DNA of 64,000 nucleotides from a virus (Duplodnaviria > Caudoviricetes), in IMG/VR virus record IMGVR_UViG_3300010052_000143, positions 1,270-65,269 of that record, one strand, 5' to 3'. Both the position numbers and the translations under genes were made by a program. Positions 27,431-35,802 of the stretch are shown here, in pieces. Every line of letters starts with the position of its first letter. Positions within the stretch are counted from its first letter, which is position 1. Below the pieces are notes generated by a model that did no database searches, was not told the origin of the DNA, and saw only the letters and a list, made by a program, of their open reading frames with translations.

Positions 27431-27566
27431 CCGCATCATCGAGCGCGCCACAGGGATGGACACACCGAAGGAGTGGAACGACGCCTACCGTGCCGTCGCC
27501 AAGGCCCGCCAGAAAGCAAGTCGCGCCGCCATCCGTTCCAGCGCACAGGAGAAGACAGATGGTTGA
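27387..27566 (+). CDS. Hypothetical protein
   Basis: GAGGAGAA RBS. Confidence 0.4.
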   Translation: MIAADLAYSALDLADRIIERATGMDTPKEWNDAYRAVAKARQKASRAAIRSSAQEKTDG

Positions 27567-27783
27567 TATGGACGAACTACGCAGCGCCAGAGCCCTCGTC
27601 GCCCATCGTCAGATCAACGGCGAGGCTGGCGGCGCGACGATTTTCTGTGTCGTTCTAGCTGACGGCTTCATCGTGGACTGCGGGTCGGACGGCTACTCAC
27701 AGAAGCGTGCGAAGCTTCTCGCCGAAGCGGTCAATTCCGCAAAGCCTGAAGCCTTCGATTTTAGGAGGCCCTCCAATGTCTAA
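27559..27783 (+). CDS. Hypothetical protein
   Basis: AGGAGA RBS. Confidence 0.5.
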   Translation: MVDMDELRSARALVAHRQINGEAGGATIFCVVLADGFIVDCGSDGYSQKRAKLLAEAVNSAKPEAFDFRRPSNV

Positions 27784-28216
27784 CCCCTCCCCAGAAGTCA
27801 TGAAGCTGGCGCGCACCATTCTGCGCGAAGTGTCGAGCGCGAAAGCCAAACGCGTATCCGCCTCCGACATCATCGGCCGCGCCCTCATGGCCGATCGCGC
27901 CTCCTGTCAGTCAAGGATAGAGGGACTGGAACGGGCGATGAAGGAGGCGCAAGCAGCCAATGAACGTGACCGGACAGAAGTCTGTCTCGTCGTCAACAGC
28001 TTGACGGACGCCTTCTCGCGTCGGGACTGGCTTTTGCGCGGCGGTCGCGGCTCCTACGAATGGGACGACGACCGTTTCCGTGACGAGTTTCGCGACGCCA
28101 TGCTGGAGTTCGCACCGCATGTGGACCGGCTGCGCAAGATCGGCGCAGACAGGCAACATTGCCCTGAAACACAGGCCGAAATAGCCGCTGCCCGCTCCAC
28201 TCTGGAGGGGAAGTAG
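27776..28216 (+). CDS. Hypothetical phage protein
   Basis: AGGAGG RBS. Confidence 0.55.
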   Translation: MSNPSPEVMKLARTILREVSSAKAKRVSASDIIGRALMADRASCQSRIEGLERAMKEAQAANERDRTEVCLVVNSLTDAFSRRDWLLRGGRGSYEWDDDRFRDEFRDAMLEFAPHVDRLRKIGADRQHCPETQAEIAAARSTLEGK

Positions 28217-28414
28217 ATGCGCAACAAGTTTGCCGGAAAGTGCTTGCGATGTGGCGTCCACGTTCCATCCGGAGAAGGGTACCCGCAAATCCGCACGTCG
28301 AAGTGGCGCGGCTGGCAAGTCCGATGCCGCAAGTGCGTCGGTCAGGGGAATAATCCCCTTGCCACGCATCCCGATCGCGCCCGTCTCGCAGAACACCGGG
28401 AGGGCGGGGAGTGA
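28217..28414 (+). CDS. Small Zn-ribbon protein
   Basis: CLRC...CRKC. Confidence 0.55.
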   Translation: MRNKFAGKCLRCGVHVPSGEGYPQIRTSKWRGWQVRCRKCVGQGNNPLATHPDRARLAEHREGGE

Positions 28415-29286
28415 CGAGGGCTACTCGAGGTTTTCAGTCGCCGAACCGCGGCAAGATGAATGCGGAGAATCGGCGCCCGCCGTCAGCCACCATTTCAATC
28501 ATTCGGGATTTGTTCGACCGGATCGATGCAAAGGGTGTGCCGATGGTCGCCCTGGCGGCCACTGCCGGCTACGATCGCGTCGCAATCAGCAGGATGCGAC
28601 ATGGCGGGGCGACACCGCTTCTCTCTACATTTGCAGACGTGGCACAGGCGGCCGGCTATCAACTCGCGTTGACGCCCATCCCAGAGAAATCTCAATCTGC
28701 TGAAGGAAACCAAATGCATTTCATCATCGATTGCGACGACGTTCTCCTCGATTGGCGCGGTGGTTTCACGCGCTGGCTCGGAGAAAATCAGAGCATCTTT
28801 CCATGTTCGCTGGGCTCCAAATACTGGGGCATGAGCCAATGGCTCGGTGTGACCCCCGAACGATCGCTCGAACTGATAGCAGAGTTCAATGCGTCGCCTG
28901 CATTCGGGGAACTGGTCGCTTGTCCCGGCGCCCAGAATGCCGTCGATGTCTTGCGGTTTCGAGACCATCGCCTGACCGTTGTCACCAGCTGCAGCGCAGA
29001 TCCTCTCATCGTCCGGCGGCGCGAATCGAACCTAAGAGCGGCCTTCGGCGACGCATTCAATCGGGTCATTTGCCTGCCGCTTGGCGAGTCGAAATTGCCT
29101 TGGCTGCAAATCCTCCGTCACGGCGTCTGGGTCGAGGACAACTACCGCAACGCGCTCGCCGGCTTTCAGGCCGGGCACAAGACTTTCATGATCCGGCAGC
29201 CGTGGAATCGCGCCGACGAACCGCACACCAATCCCCACATCCAGTGGGTCGACAATTGGGCGCCGATCATCTCACTTTTCGCTTGA
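28411..29286 (+). CDS. HTH domain fused in frame to a HAD 5'(3')-deoxyribonucleotidase-like domain (internal ATG 28714)
   Basis: N-terminal HTH; DCDDVL HAD motif I, VEDN, PWN; RBS GAAGG before 28714. Confidence 0.7.
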   Translation: MTRATRGFQSPNRGKMNAENRRPPSATISIIRDLFDRIDAKGVPMVALAATAGYDRVAISRMRHGGATPLLSTFADVAQAAGYQLALTPIPEKSQSAEGNQMHFIIDCDDVLLDWRGGFTRWLGENQSIFPCSLGSKYWGMSQWLGVTPERSLELIAEFNASPAFGELVACPGAQNAVDVLRFRDHRLTVVTSCSADPLIVRRRESNLRAAFGDAFNRVICLPLGESKLPWLQILRHGVWVEDNYRNALAGFQAGHKTFMIRQPWNRADEPHTNPHIQWVDNWAPIISLFA

Positions 29287-29296
29287 TTTTCACACA

Positions 29297-29494
29297 TTGT
29301 GTGCAATTATGGTCGATGAGGATGATAGCGATTACCTGGCCAGCTGCCATGGGAAGGAACGACACACCGCATCAATGGCCCGGCAAATCGTCAAGCGCTA
29401 TCCCCAGGCAGTCATCTACAAGTGCTCGTTTTGCCAGCAGCACCATATCGGCCATCGTCAGTCGAAGCCAAAAAAGACCCTGAAATCCGTCTGA
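29297..29494 (+). CDS. Small Zn-finger-like protein
   Basis: SCHGKERH...YKCSFCQQHHIGH. Confidence 0.45.
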   Translation: MCAIMVDEDDSDYLASCHGKERHTASMARQIVKRYPQAVIYKCSFCQQHHIGHRQSKPKKTLKSV

Positions 29495-29507
29495 TCAAGG
29501 AGACACC

Positions 29508-29828
29508 ATGACCGTCGAAACTCTGACTCGTACTGCCAGGCGCCGTTCGCCCGCAAAACCCGCCGCGGCCACCGTTGAGCAAGCCATCGATGCAGCTGTC
29601 GCAAAGGGAGCGCAGCCGCCGGCGCCCGAGGGCAAGTTCAAGATCTACGTCGCCTATGGATGGAGTTCGGACAGCGGCAAGAAGCACGGCTTCGGCGGCA
29701 TGGTGCTGAACTCGACCTTTCCCGAGATCGAAACCGAGGCTCAAATTCATCAGGCGTTCGTTGCGGTGGCGAATGAGGCGAAGAAGCCGAATGTCGTCAT
29801 CATCAACGTCATGCCGCTCGAGGGCTGA
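29508..29828 (+). CDS. Hypothetical protein
   Basis: AAGGAGA RBS. Confidence 0.6.
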   Translation: MTVETLTRTARRRSPAKPAAATVEQAIDAAVAKGAQPPAPEGKFKIYVAYGWSSDSGKKHGFGGMVLNSTFPEIETEAQIHQAFVAVANEAKKPNVVIINVMPLEG

Positions 29829-29857
29829 TTCATTTTTCACACATTGGGAGAAATATC

Positions 29858-30256
29858 ATGGTTCCGCAAGACATGACGGACGAGGAAAGCATCGCGTATC
29901 GCGGGCTCCTTTGCGCGCAGAACTTGGCCAGGACGACTGCACTCGACGCAGGCTGGTACAACGATCCGCAGACGGGCCTACCGATCGAACGCAACTTCGG
30001 CGAGGTGGTCGCGCTAATGCATTCGGAATTGTCGGAAGCCCTAGAGGCCGATCGCAAGGGCCTGATGGACGACAAGCTTCCCCATCGAGACGGCCGCGAG
30101 GTCGAGTTCGCCGATTGCATCATCCGCATCCTCGACACGGCCGGCGCGCTGGGCCTCGATGTTGCTGGCGCCATGATCGAGAAGAATCGCTTCAACCGCG
30201 AACGCGCCGATCACAAACTCGCCAATCGCGCTGCCGCCGGCGGCAAGAGGTATTGA
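29858..30256 (+). CDS. MazG-like pyrophosphohydrolase
   Basis: LMHSELSEALEADRK...VEFADCIIRILD. Confidence 0.75.
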   Translation: MVPQDMTDEESIAYRGLLCAQNLARTTALDAGWYNDPQTGLPIERNFGEVVALMHSELSEALEADRKGLMDDKLPHRDGREVEFADCIIRILDTAGALGLDVAGAMIEKNRFNRERADHKLANRAAAGGKRY

Positions 30257-30260
30257 AACG

Positions 30261-31094
30261 ATGAACCCCACAATCACCGTCGAACACGTCACCTTCTCCG
30301 TTGCCTCGGAAGGAGATCGAACAAGGATATCATGGACTGGCGGACTGATTAAATGGCGTTCCGGCATCATTGGCATCGTAGCCACGCCAGTTTGCTTTGG
30401 TAACGCAGATCACGTTTCAGATCGAACCACGTATGTCTTTTGGAGAAAGGGTGACACTCATCTGTCGTCAACACAATACGCCAAAGATGCTTTCAAAGAT
30501 GATAACTACGTCCTTGCGGCGTATAGCGATGGGCATCGTCTGATCGTCGACGTCGGCAGGACTGTAATTGACGATTCGAAGATCGACAGCAGTATCATAG
30601 ACTGTCGGAAGCCAGACGCGCGCCGTGCCGGGCAGAAACCCAGCAATCCGAAGGACGCGGTCGGAATCCGCAAGTGGCGGAACTTCGTCACCGTGCCGCT
30701 GACCGTCATCGCCGAGGTCGGCACGGCCATGCTCGAAGGCCACCTCAAGTATCGGCGCCACAACTATCGCGTCGCGGGCGTCCGCGCGTCCGTCTACGTC
30801 GATGCTGCCCTTGGCCACATCATGCAGTGGTGGGAAGGCGAAGATCTCGATCCGGACACGAAGCTCTCTCACATCACCAAGTCGATCGCCAGCCTCGTGG
30901 TGCTCCGCGATGCGATGATCCAGGACATGCTGAACGACGATCGGCCGCCGAAGGCCAAGCTCGATCAGGTCCGCGACGACCTGCAGAACATCGTCAACGA
31001 GATGTTCGAACGCTATCCGGAGGGCAACATTCCGCACACCGAAGTCGACGAGCATTTGCAACGGCCGCACACAAAGCGCGACTTCGGCTATTGA
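30261..31094 (+). CDS. dATP/dGTP diphosphohydrolase-like (DUF5664) protein with extra N-terminal region
   Basis: NPKDAVG...EVGTAMLEG..KYRRHNYR...YVDAALGHI..WWEGEDLDPDT.LSHI. Confidence 0.7.
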   Translation: MNPTITVEHVTFSVASEGDRTRISWTGGLIKWRSGIIGIVATPVCFGNADHVSDRTTYVFWRKGDTHLSSTQYAKDAFKDDNYVLAAYSDGHRLIVDVGRTVIDDSKIDSSIIDCRKPDARRAGQKPSNPKDAVGIRKWRNFVTVPLTVIAEVGTAMLEGHLKYRRHNYRVAGVRASVYVDAALGHIMQWWEGEDLDPDTKLSHITKSIASLVVLRDAMIQDMLNDDRPPKAKLDQVRDDLQNIVNEMFERYPEGNIPHTEVDEHLQRPHTKRDFGY

Positions 31095-31146
31095 CGATCC
31101 AATATTTCACACTTAGTGTGTATTTCAATCAAATCGGAGAAATCCT

Positions 31147-31449
31147 ATGGCAGGTATCGGGCACACTTCGCGCAGCGACAGCGACGACATCACCGAGACG
31201 TCGCAGACTGTCGCCGCCGGCCAGCTTCGAGCCCTGATCGAGCGCATCGAGCGGCTGGAGGAAGAGAAGAAGACCATCGCCGATGACATCAAGGATGTCT
31301 TCGCCGAGGCGAAAGGCACCGGCTTCGACACCAAGGCACTCCGCACGATCATCCGACTTCGCAAGAAGGATGCTGCGGAGCGGGCGGAGGAAGAAGCAAT
31401 CGTCGACCTCTACATGGCCGCGCTCGGCATGGCGCTCGACGACATCTGA
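31147..31449 (+). CDS. gapR: DUF2312/GapR-like nucleoid-associated protein
   Basis: [48 protein letters not shown]. Confidence 0.85.
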   Translation: MAGIGHTSRSDSDDITETSQTVAAGQLRALIERIERLEEEKKTIADDIKDVFAEAKGTGFDTKALRTIIRLRKKDAAERAEEEAIVDLYMAALGMALDDI

Positions 31450-31477
31450 CCAACCCATTTCCCAAGGAGACAAAACG

Positions 31478-31831
31478 ATGAAACTCGGCGAACTGCGGGC
31501 ACTGATCCGCAAGACCAAGGGCAATGTCTATATCTGGCAGTGGCCGTTTCCCGGCACCGACCTGGCTTTCAGATTCGCGGTCCAGAAGACGCCGCTGCTC
31601 GAAGAACTCGAACGCGTCTACCCGGGCGGCAAGGCCACCGAGACGGGGCTGAGCTTCAATGTCGATACCGGCGAACTGGCCAGCCCTGCCGCGACTGATC
31701 ACGCAGTCGCAAAACTGGGATTCAGGCGCACCGATGAACCGCATCCCGCCAGTTCCGTGCCCAATCTTAACGACGATCTTGACTTGGATCTGGATGACGC
31801 CGTCGCCGAAGTCGAAGACCTGCTCGTATGA
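31478..31831 (+). CDS. Hypothetical protein
   Basis: AAGGAGA RBS; acidic tail ending EDLLV. Confidence 0.6.
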   Translation: MKLGELRALIRKTKGNVYIWQWPFPGTDLAFRFAVQKTPLLEELERVYPGGKATETGLSFNVDTGELASPAATDHAVAKLGFRRTDEPHPASSVPNLNDDLDLDLDDAVAEVEDLLV

Positions 31832-32160
31832 GCGAGATCAGCAGTATTCTCGCCGACGTCGCCGAAGCGCCGTTCGACCAGACCGGCCGCCCGGTGCCGG
31901 GCAAGCTTCAGGCGACATGGCTGACCGTCACGCAGGAAGGCTGGGAAGCCGTCGCGGTGTTTCGCTTTATCGAGCGTTGGAACGTCTTCCGCGGTCCTGA
32001 TCCGGTCGAATGCCTGCGACTTGCATTGACCACACCGCCCAACACGGCGCCGCTGGATCGCGTCAAGCTCGCGCCGGCCGAGATCACCAACGCGGTGCTC
32101 AGTCCAGCCCTAAATGTGCAGCCTGAATCGGTGCTTGTCGATGACGATCTCCTTGTCTGA
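31828..32160 (+). CDS. Hypothetical protein
   Basis: ATGA coupling; ends DDDLLV. Confidence 0.55.
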   Translation: MSEISSILADVAEAPFDQTGRPVPGKLQATWLTVTQEGWEAVAVFRFIERWNVFRGPDPVECLRLALTTPPNTAPLDRVKLAPAEITNAVLSPALNVQPESVLVDDDLLV

Positions 32161-32353
32161 CGTCGAGCGCGCCATCCGGCAGCAGAATGTGCTTGGCGCC
32201 AACATCCACTTCGACGGCCGGGTGTTTCGGGTTCACGTCCGCCAGTCCGTCAACACAGGCTTTCTCTGCGCGCAGCAGTCGCATGACACTCTCGCCGGAG
32301 CCCTCGCTGAGCACTTCACGGCAGATGGTGACCTGAGCGATCTGCTGGACTGA
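32141..32353 (+). CDS. Hypothetical protein
   Basis: Operon context; ends DLSDLLD. Confidence 0.55.
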   Translation: MTISLSDVERAIRQQNVLGANIHFDGRVFRVHVRQSVNTGFLCAQQSHDTLAGALAEHFTADGDLSDLLD

Positions 32354-32382
32354 CTTTCACACAATGTTGGAAATAATTCCTG

Positions 32383-33861
32383 ATGAACTCCATCCAACTG
32401 ATCCCCGGCGACAACCGCATCTCGCTTCGCCGGCTGATCGACCAGGGCGTGCGTGTCCATTCGGTCGTGACCGATCCGCCGTATGGGCTCGTCTCGATCC
32501 AGAAGCGCTTCGGCAAGGAAGGTGCAGCCGCCGCGCGGCGTGAAGGCAACGACGGAAGCTTCGCGCGGCTGTCCGGTGGCTTCATGGGCAAGGCGTGGGA
32601 CGGCACCGGCATCGAGCGCGATCCCGAGTTCTGGAAGCTGATCTACGACATCCTGCTGCCGGGCGGCTATGTCTTCGCGTTCAGCGGCAGCCGCACCGGC
32701 CACTGGCAAGCCTGCGCCATGGAGATTGCAGGCTTTATCATGCATCCGATGCACGGCTGGGTGTTCGGGAGCGGATTCCCGAAGGCGCACGCGGCCGACA
32801 AGGCGATCGACAAACATCTCGGCGTTGAAGGCGGCTTCATTGCCGAAGGCGAGCCGGTCAAGCGAATGATCCCCGGCGCCGACCAGCATCGTGAGGGCTC
32901 GTGGATCAAGGACGACGGTCGTGAGTACCAGCCAGGTTCCTACGTTCCCGGTTCTCCCGAGGCAGCAGAGTGGGAAGGCTGGGCCTACGGCACCCAGACG
33001 CAGAAGCCTGCGATCGAACCTATCTATCTCGGTCAGAAACCGTTCAGCGAGAAGACCGGCGCCGCCAATCTGCTGAAGCACGGCGTCGGTGCGGTCAACA
33101 TTGATGAATGTCGGGTGCCTGCTGACGGCCGCCCACTTCTTGTCGGCGACTACAAACCGACCAGGGCCAACGCCTATTCAGGACGGATGGACGGTTCCCT
33201 TGCCGGAGGCAGCAAGGCAGTCGGGACGACCGACACCGGCCGCCATCCATCCAACTTGATCCTAGACGGTTCGCCCGAGGTGGTCGCCATGTTTCCGTCG
33301 CAGGCCGGCGCAGCAGCAGCCAGCGGCCCGACCCAATCCGGTAAGTCGAAAAGCGGCAGCATGGCCGGGCACTTCAACGGCATGGGCGATCGGCCACCGC
33401 AATTCCATGGCGACACCGGCTCCGCGGCCCGCTTCTTCCACCATTTTCCTCCGGATGCGGACCCACTGATCTACCACCCAAAGGCGGGCAAAGCTGACCG
33501 GGCCGGCAGCAGCCATCCGACAGTCAAGCCGGTCGCCCTGCTGCGCTATCTGATGCGCCATATCACTCCAAAGTGTGGGATAGTTTTAGACCCCTTCGCA
33601 GGCTCGGGAACCACTGGACAGGCTGCAAAGCTCGAAGGTTTCGACTGCATTTTGATGGAAGCCGAGCCGGAATACGTCGAATTTATCAACACCCGTTTCG
33701 ACCTGGTGGATGCTGCGCCGGTCTACGTTGACCCAAGGGAGACTCCAATGATAGGAATGAAATCCTACGACCTAAGCGAGCTGCTTGGGCCCGATGACAA
33801 CGATCTGACGTCCTTGCTGGATGACGTTGCGTCCGTTGTGCCAGACGCGCTCCTTGTATGA
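32383..33861 (+). CDS. DNA amino-methyltransferase (N6-A/N4-C, beta class)
   Basis: VTDPPYG, GSGFPK, HPTVKP, LDPFAGSGTT. Confidence 0.88.
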   Translation: MNSIQLIPGDNRISLRRLIDQGVRVHSVVTDPPYGLVSIQKRFGKEGAAAARREGNDGSFARLSGGFMGKAWDGTGIERDPEFWKLIYDILLPGGYVFAFSGSRTGHWQACAMEIAGFIMHPMHGWVFGSGFPKAHAADKAIDKHLGVEGGFIAEGEPVKRMIPGADQHREGSWIKDDGREYQPGSYVPGSPEAAEWEGWAYGTQTQKPAIEPIYLGQKPFSEKTGAANLLKHGVGAVNIDECRVPADGRPLLVGDYKPTRANAYSGRMDGSLAGGSKAVGTTDTGRHPSNLILDGSPEVVAMFPSQAGAAAASGPTQSGKSKSGSMAGHFNGMGDRPPQFHGDTGSAARFFHHFPPDADPLIYHPKAGKADRAGSSHPTVKPVALLRYLMRHITPKCGIVLDPFAGSGTTGQAAKLEGFDCILMEAEPEYVEFINTRFDLVDAAPVYVDPRETPMIGMKSYDLSELLGPDDNDLTSLLDDVASVVPDALLV

Positions 33862-33947
33862 GCATTGCTGACGCCGGGAAGAAATAGCGTGAAAAATCTG
33901 TGTGCGGCGATGGTGCCGGTGTGTTGTAGGGTGAGGGCAATATCGAA

Positions 33948-34211
33948 ATGACTTTTACAGATCTGGCTTTCGTGAGTGTGGACGGCCCCGATGATCGGCC
34001 AGTGGAAAACGCATGGTCTCCTTTGCGATCGGGAAACTTCGAGAAAGACTGCGCCACCGGTCGACGTTATTTCTCCGAACTTTATCGCCTGATGAAGTCG
34101 AACGACAACCCGATGTATCTTTCGCGTGTTCTGGCAGCGCAGGCGCGCGCTGGCAAATGGGAAGGCGTTGAGATCGGCTTCGCGCAGGCGATGGCGGAAC
34201 AGTTGCTCTGA
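33948..34211 (+). CDS. Hypothetical protein (87 aa)
   Basis: Last plus-strand ORF before the convergent lysis genes. Confidence 0.6.
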   Translation: MTFTDLAFVSVDGPDDRPVENAWSPLRSGNFEKDCATGRRYFSELYRLMKSNDNPMYLSRVLAAQARAGKWEGVEIGFAQAMAEQLL

Positions 34212-34212
34212 A

Positions 34213-34566
34213 TCAGCGCCGGGCGATCAAAGCGTCGCCCACACGCCTGATTTCCACTCGAAGTTCCTCGAGTTCTTCTTTCAGTCGGCCGCCGAGTTCG
34301 AGATTACGGTAGCCAACTTGTCGGATTTTCTCGGCGTCGCGGCGGAGTGCCACGGATTCGAGCGTCAGGCATTCAATGCTGCGCGACAGCGCGGAAAGAG
34401 GCTCGCTGCTGATGATGGTCATGCCATCCATCTTCACAGTGGCGGCCGGTTCCTGCTCGGGCTTTGCTCGACGTCCCACATACACCGCCGCATATCCGAT
34501 CAGGGCGGTGAGCAGAAGGATGGTGGCATTGGCCAGTTCGGTGATGTCGAAGCCCAAAAAATGCAT
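34213..34566 (-). CDS. Membrane-anchored coiled-coil protein of the lysis cassette
   Basis: One N-terminal TM plus helical C-terminus; last gene of late operon. Confidence 0.55.
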   Translation of the reverse strand: MHFLGFDITELANATILLLTALIGYAAVYVGRRAKPEQEPAATVKMDGMTIISSEPLSALSRSIECLTLESVALRRDAEKIRQVGYRNLELGGRLKEELEELRVEIRRVGDALIARR

Positions 34567-34567
34567 G

Positions 34568-35041
34568 TCACCGATCCGCTGGGAACTGCTTTCCCACATC
34601 ATGGAAAGAGCGCCAGGCATTCATGAGTTCGAGGATCACGGGCAGCGTGTAGATGACGAAAGCTGTCGGCAGCCCGCCGTCGACCAGCCACGACATGAGA
34701 AAGCCGAGACTGATCTGCGACCATATCAGCACGCCGACGAGGCTGGCGCCGGCGCGGATATGGGGGGAGAACTCGAAACCCTTGAAGGTTCCATTGATCA
34801 CCAGGGCCGCGAAACGGCAGACCATGGCCAGACCGAAGATCGTGCCCCAGGTCGTTTCGGTAAACCAGTTCGCCATCTGCGTGAACGACGGCGATCGTGC
34901 GAACAAATCCGGGTTGGCGGCGAATGTGATCCACATGCCGAACGTCGGCCACAGCATCGCCCACTCGGTCCAGCGGATAGGAAAATGATCGGCGATGCCG
35001 CGGAAGATGCGAATGTAGAGGGCAGGCAGATCCTGCGTCAT
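34568..35041 (-). CDS. Multi-TM membrane protein, holin candidate
   Basis: 3-4 hydrophobic segments, downstream of spanins and endolysin. Confidence 0.55.
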   Translation of the reverse strand: MTQDLPALYIRIFRGIADHFPIRWTEWAMLWPTFGMWITFAANPDLFARSPSFTQMANWFTETTWGTIFGLAMVCRFAALVINGTFKGFEFSPHIRAGASLVGVLIWSQISLGFLMSWLVDGGLPTAFVIYTLPVILELMNAWRSFHDVGKQFPADR

Positions 35042-35256
35042 GGCAGCCACCCGCATCGCTTTGTGCCATAGGCATTGTGCGTACGCATCTGCTCGCGCGA
35101 TTGCCGGTCCATCGCGGCGTATTCCGTCTCGGTCGGCCGGCGCGGATCGTTGGTCATGCACCACACGTCATTTCCCGCGCTTACGCACCCAAGGAGCATT
35201 TGCGTCATCGAGATCAGCATCAGACATGCGATCAGTTTCCGCTTCGATCCGATCAT
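35038..35256 (-). CDS. o-spanin (Rz1-like lipoprotein)
   Basis: LLGC lipobox; overlaps the i-spanin 3' end in another frame. Confidence 0.6.
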   Translation of the reverse strand: MIGSKRKLIACLMLISMTQMLLGCVSAGNDVWCMTNDPRRPTETEYAAMDRQSREQMRTHNAYGTKRCGWLP

Positions 35257-35473
35257 GGTCCTTCACCGCCTCTTCATCTGCTTTGTGCTGTCGGGAGAGC
35301 GCATCGACCCCGCCCGCTTTCCGTCCCGTCCGGTAGGCAAGGAGGCCCGCCAGCGCTCCGCCTGCCACCAGCAGTCCGCGCAGGCCGAGCAGGCGCCACG
35401 TTGCCAACAGGGCAAAGGCAGAAAGCACCAGCCATGCCCAGAGCGGAACGGAGTCGAGGAGCCAGCCGATCAT
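35168..35473 (-). CDS. i-spanin (Rz-like)
   Basis: N-terminal TM, charged helical C-terminus. Confidence 0.6.
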   Translation of the reverse strand: MIGWLLDSVPLWAWLVLSAFALLATWRLLGLRGLLVAGGALAGLLAYRTGRKAGGVDALSRQHKADEEAVKDHDRIEAETDRMSDADLDDANAPWVRKRGK

Positions 35474-35802
35474 GACGAGACCTCGTCAAACGGCTTCAAA
35501 GCGACCGTCTGTCCTGCCAACTCATGAGTGCAGTCGCCGAGAAATTTGATTTGCCCGTCGGTGATGAAGGAGTGGCAGCACATGTCCGGAACGTCGACCT
35601 TTTCACCCGCCATAATGCGACGGTGCTCATCCTCTGTGATCCTGCGTTTACCGCTAACCTTGATCGACGGAGTGAAAGTTGGTCGCTCCCGATTTCCGTT
35701 GAACCCCCAGCTCGGACCAACAAGATGAGCTTCGTTGCAGCCAGGACATCGAAACAGGAAGCATCCGCCCTGAGCCGCGCGTAGGACACCCGCCGCACTC
35801 AC
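35470..35802 (-). CDS. DUF6527-like Cys/His protein
   Basis: FRCPGC..AH....W.FNGN.ERPTFTPSI...CHSFITDGQIKFLGDCTH.LAGQTV. Confidence 0.65.
   Translation of the reverse strand: MSAAGVLRAAQGGCFLFRCPGCNEAHLVGPSWGFNGNRERPTFTPSIKVSGKRRITEDEHRRIMAGEKVDVPDMCCHSFITDGQIKFLGDCTHELAGQTVALKPFDEVSS

Noticed and set aside
26637-31094. 2-aminoadenine (Z) genome pathway
   Set aside because: A DUF5664-like enzyme is present but no PurZ-like synthetase ORF was recognised.
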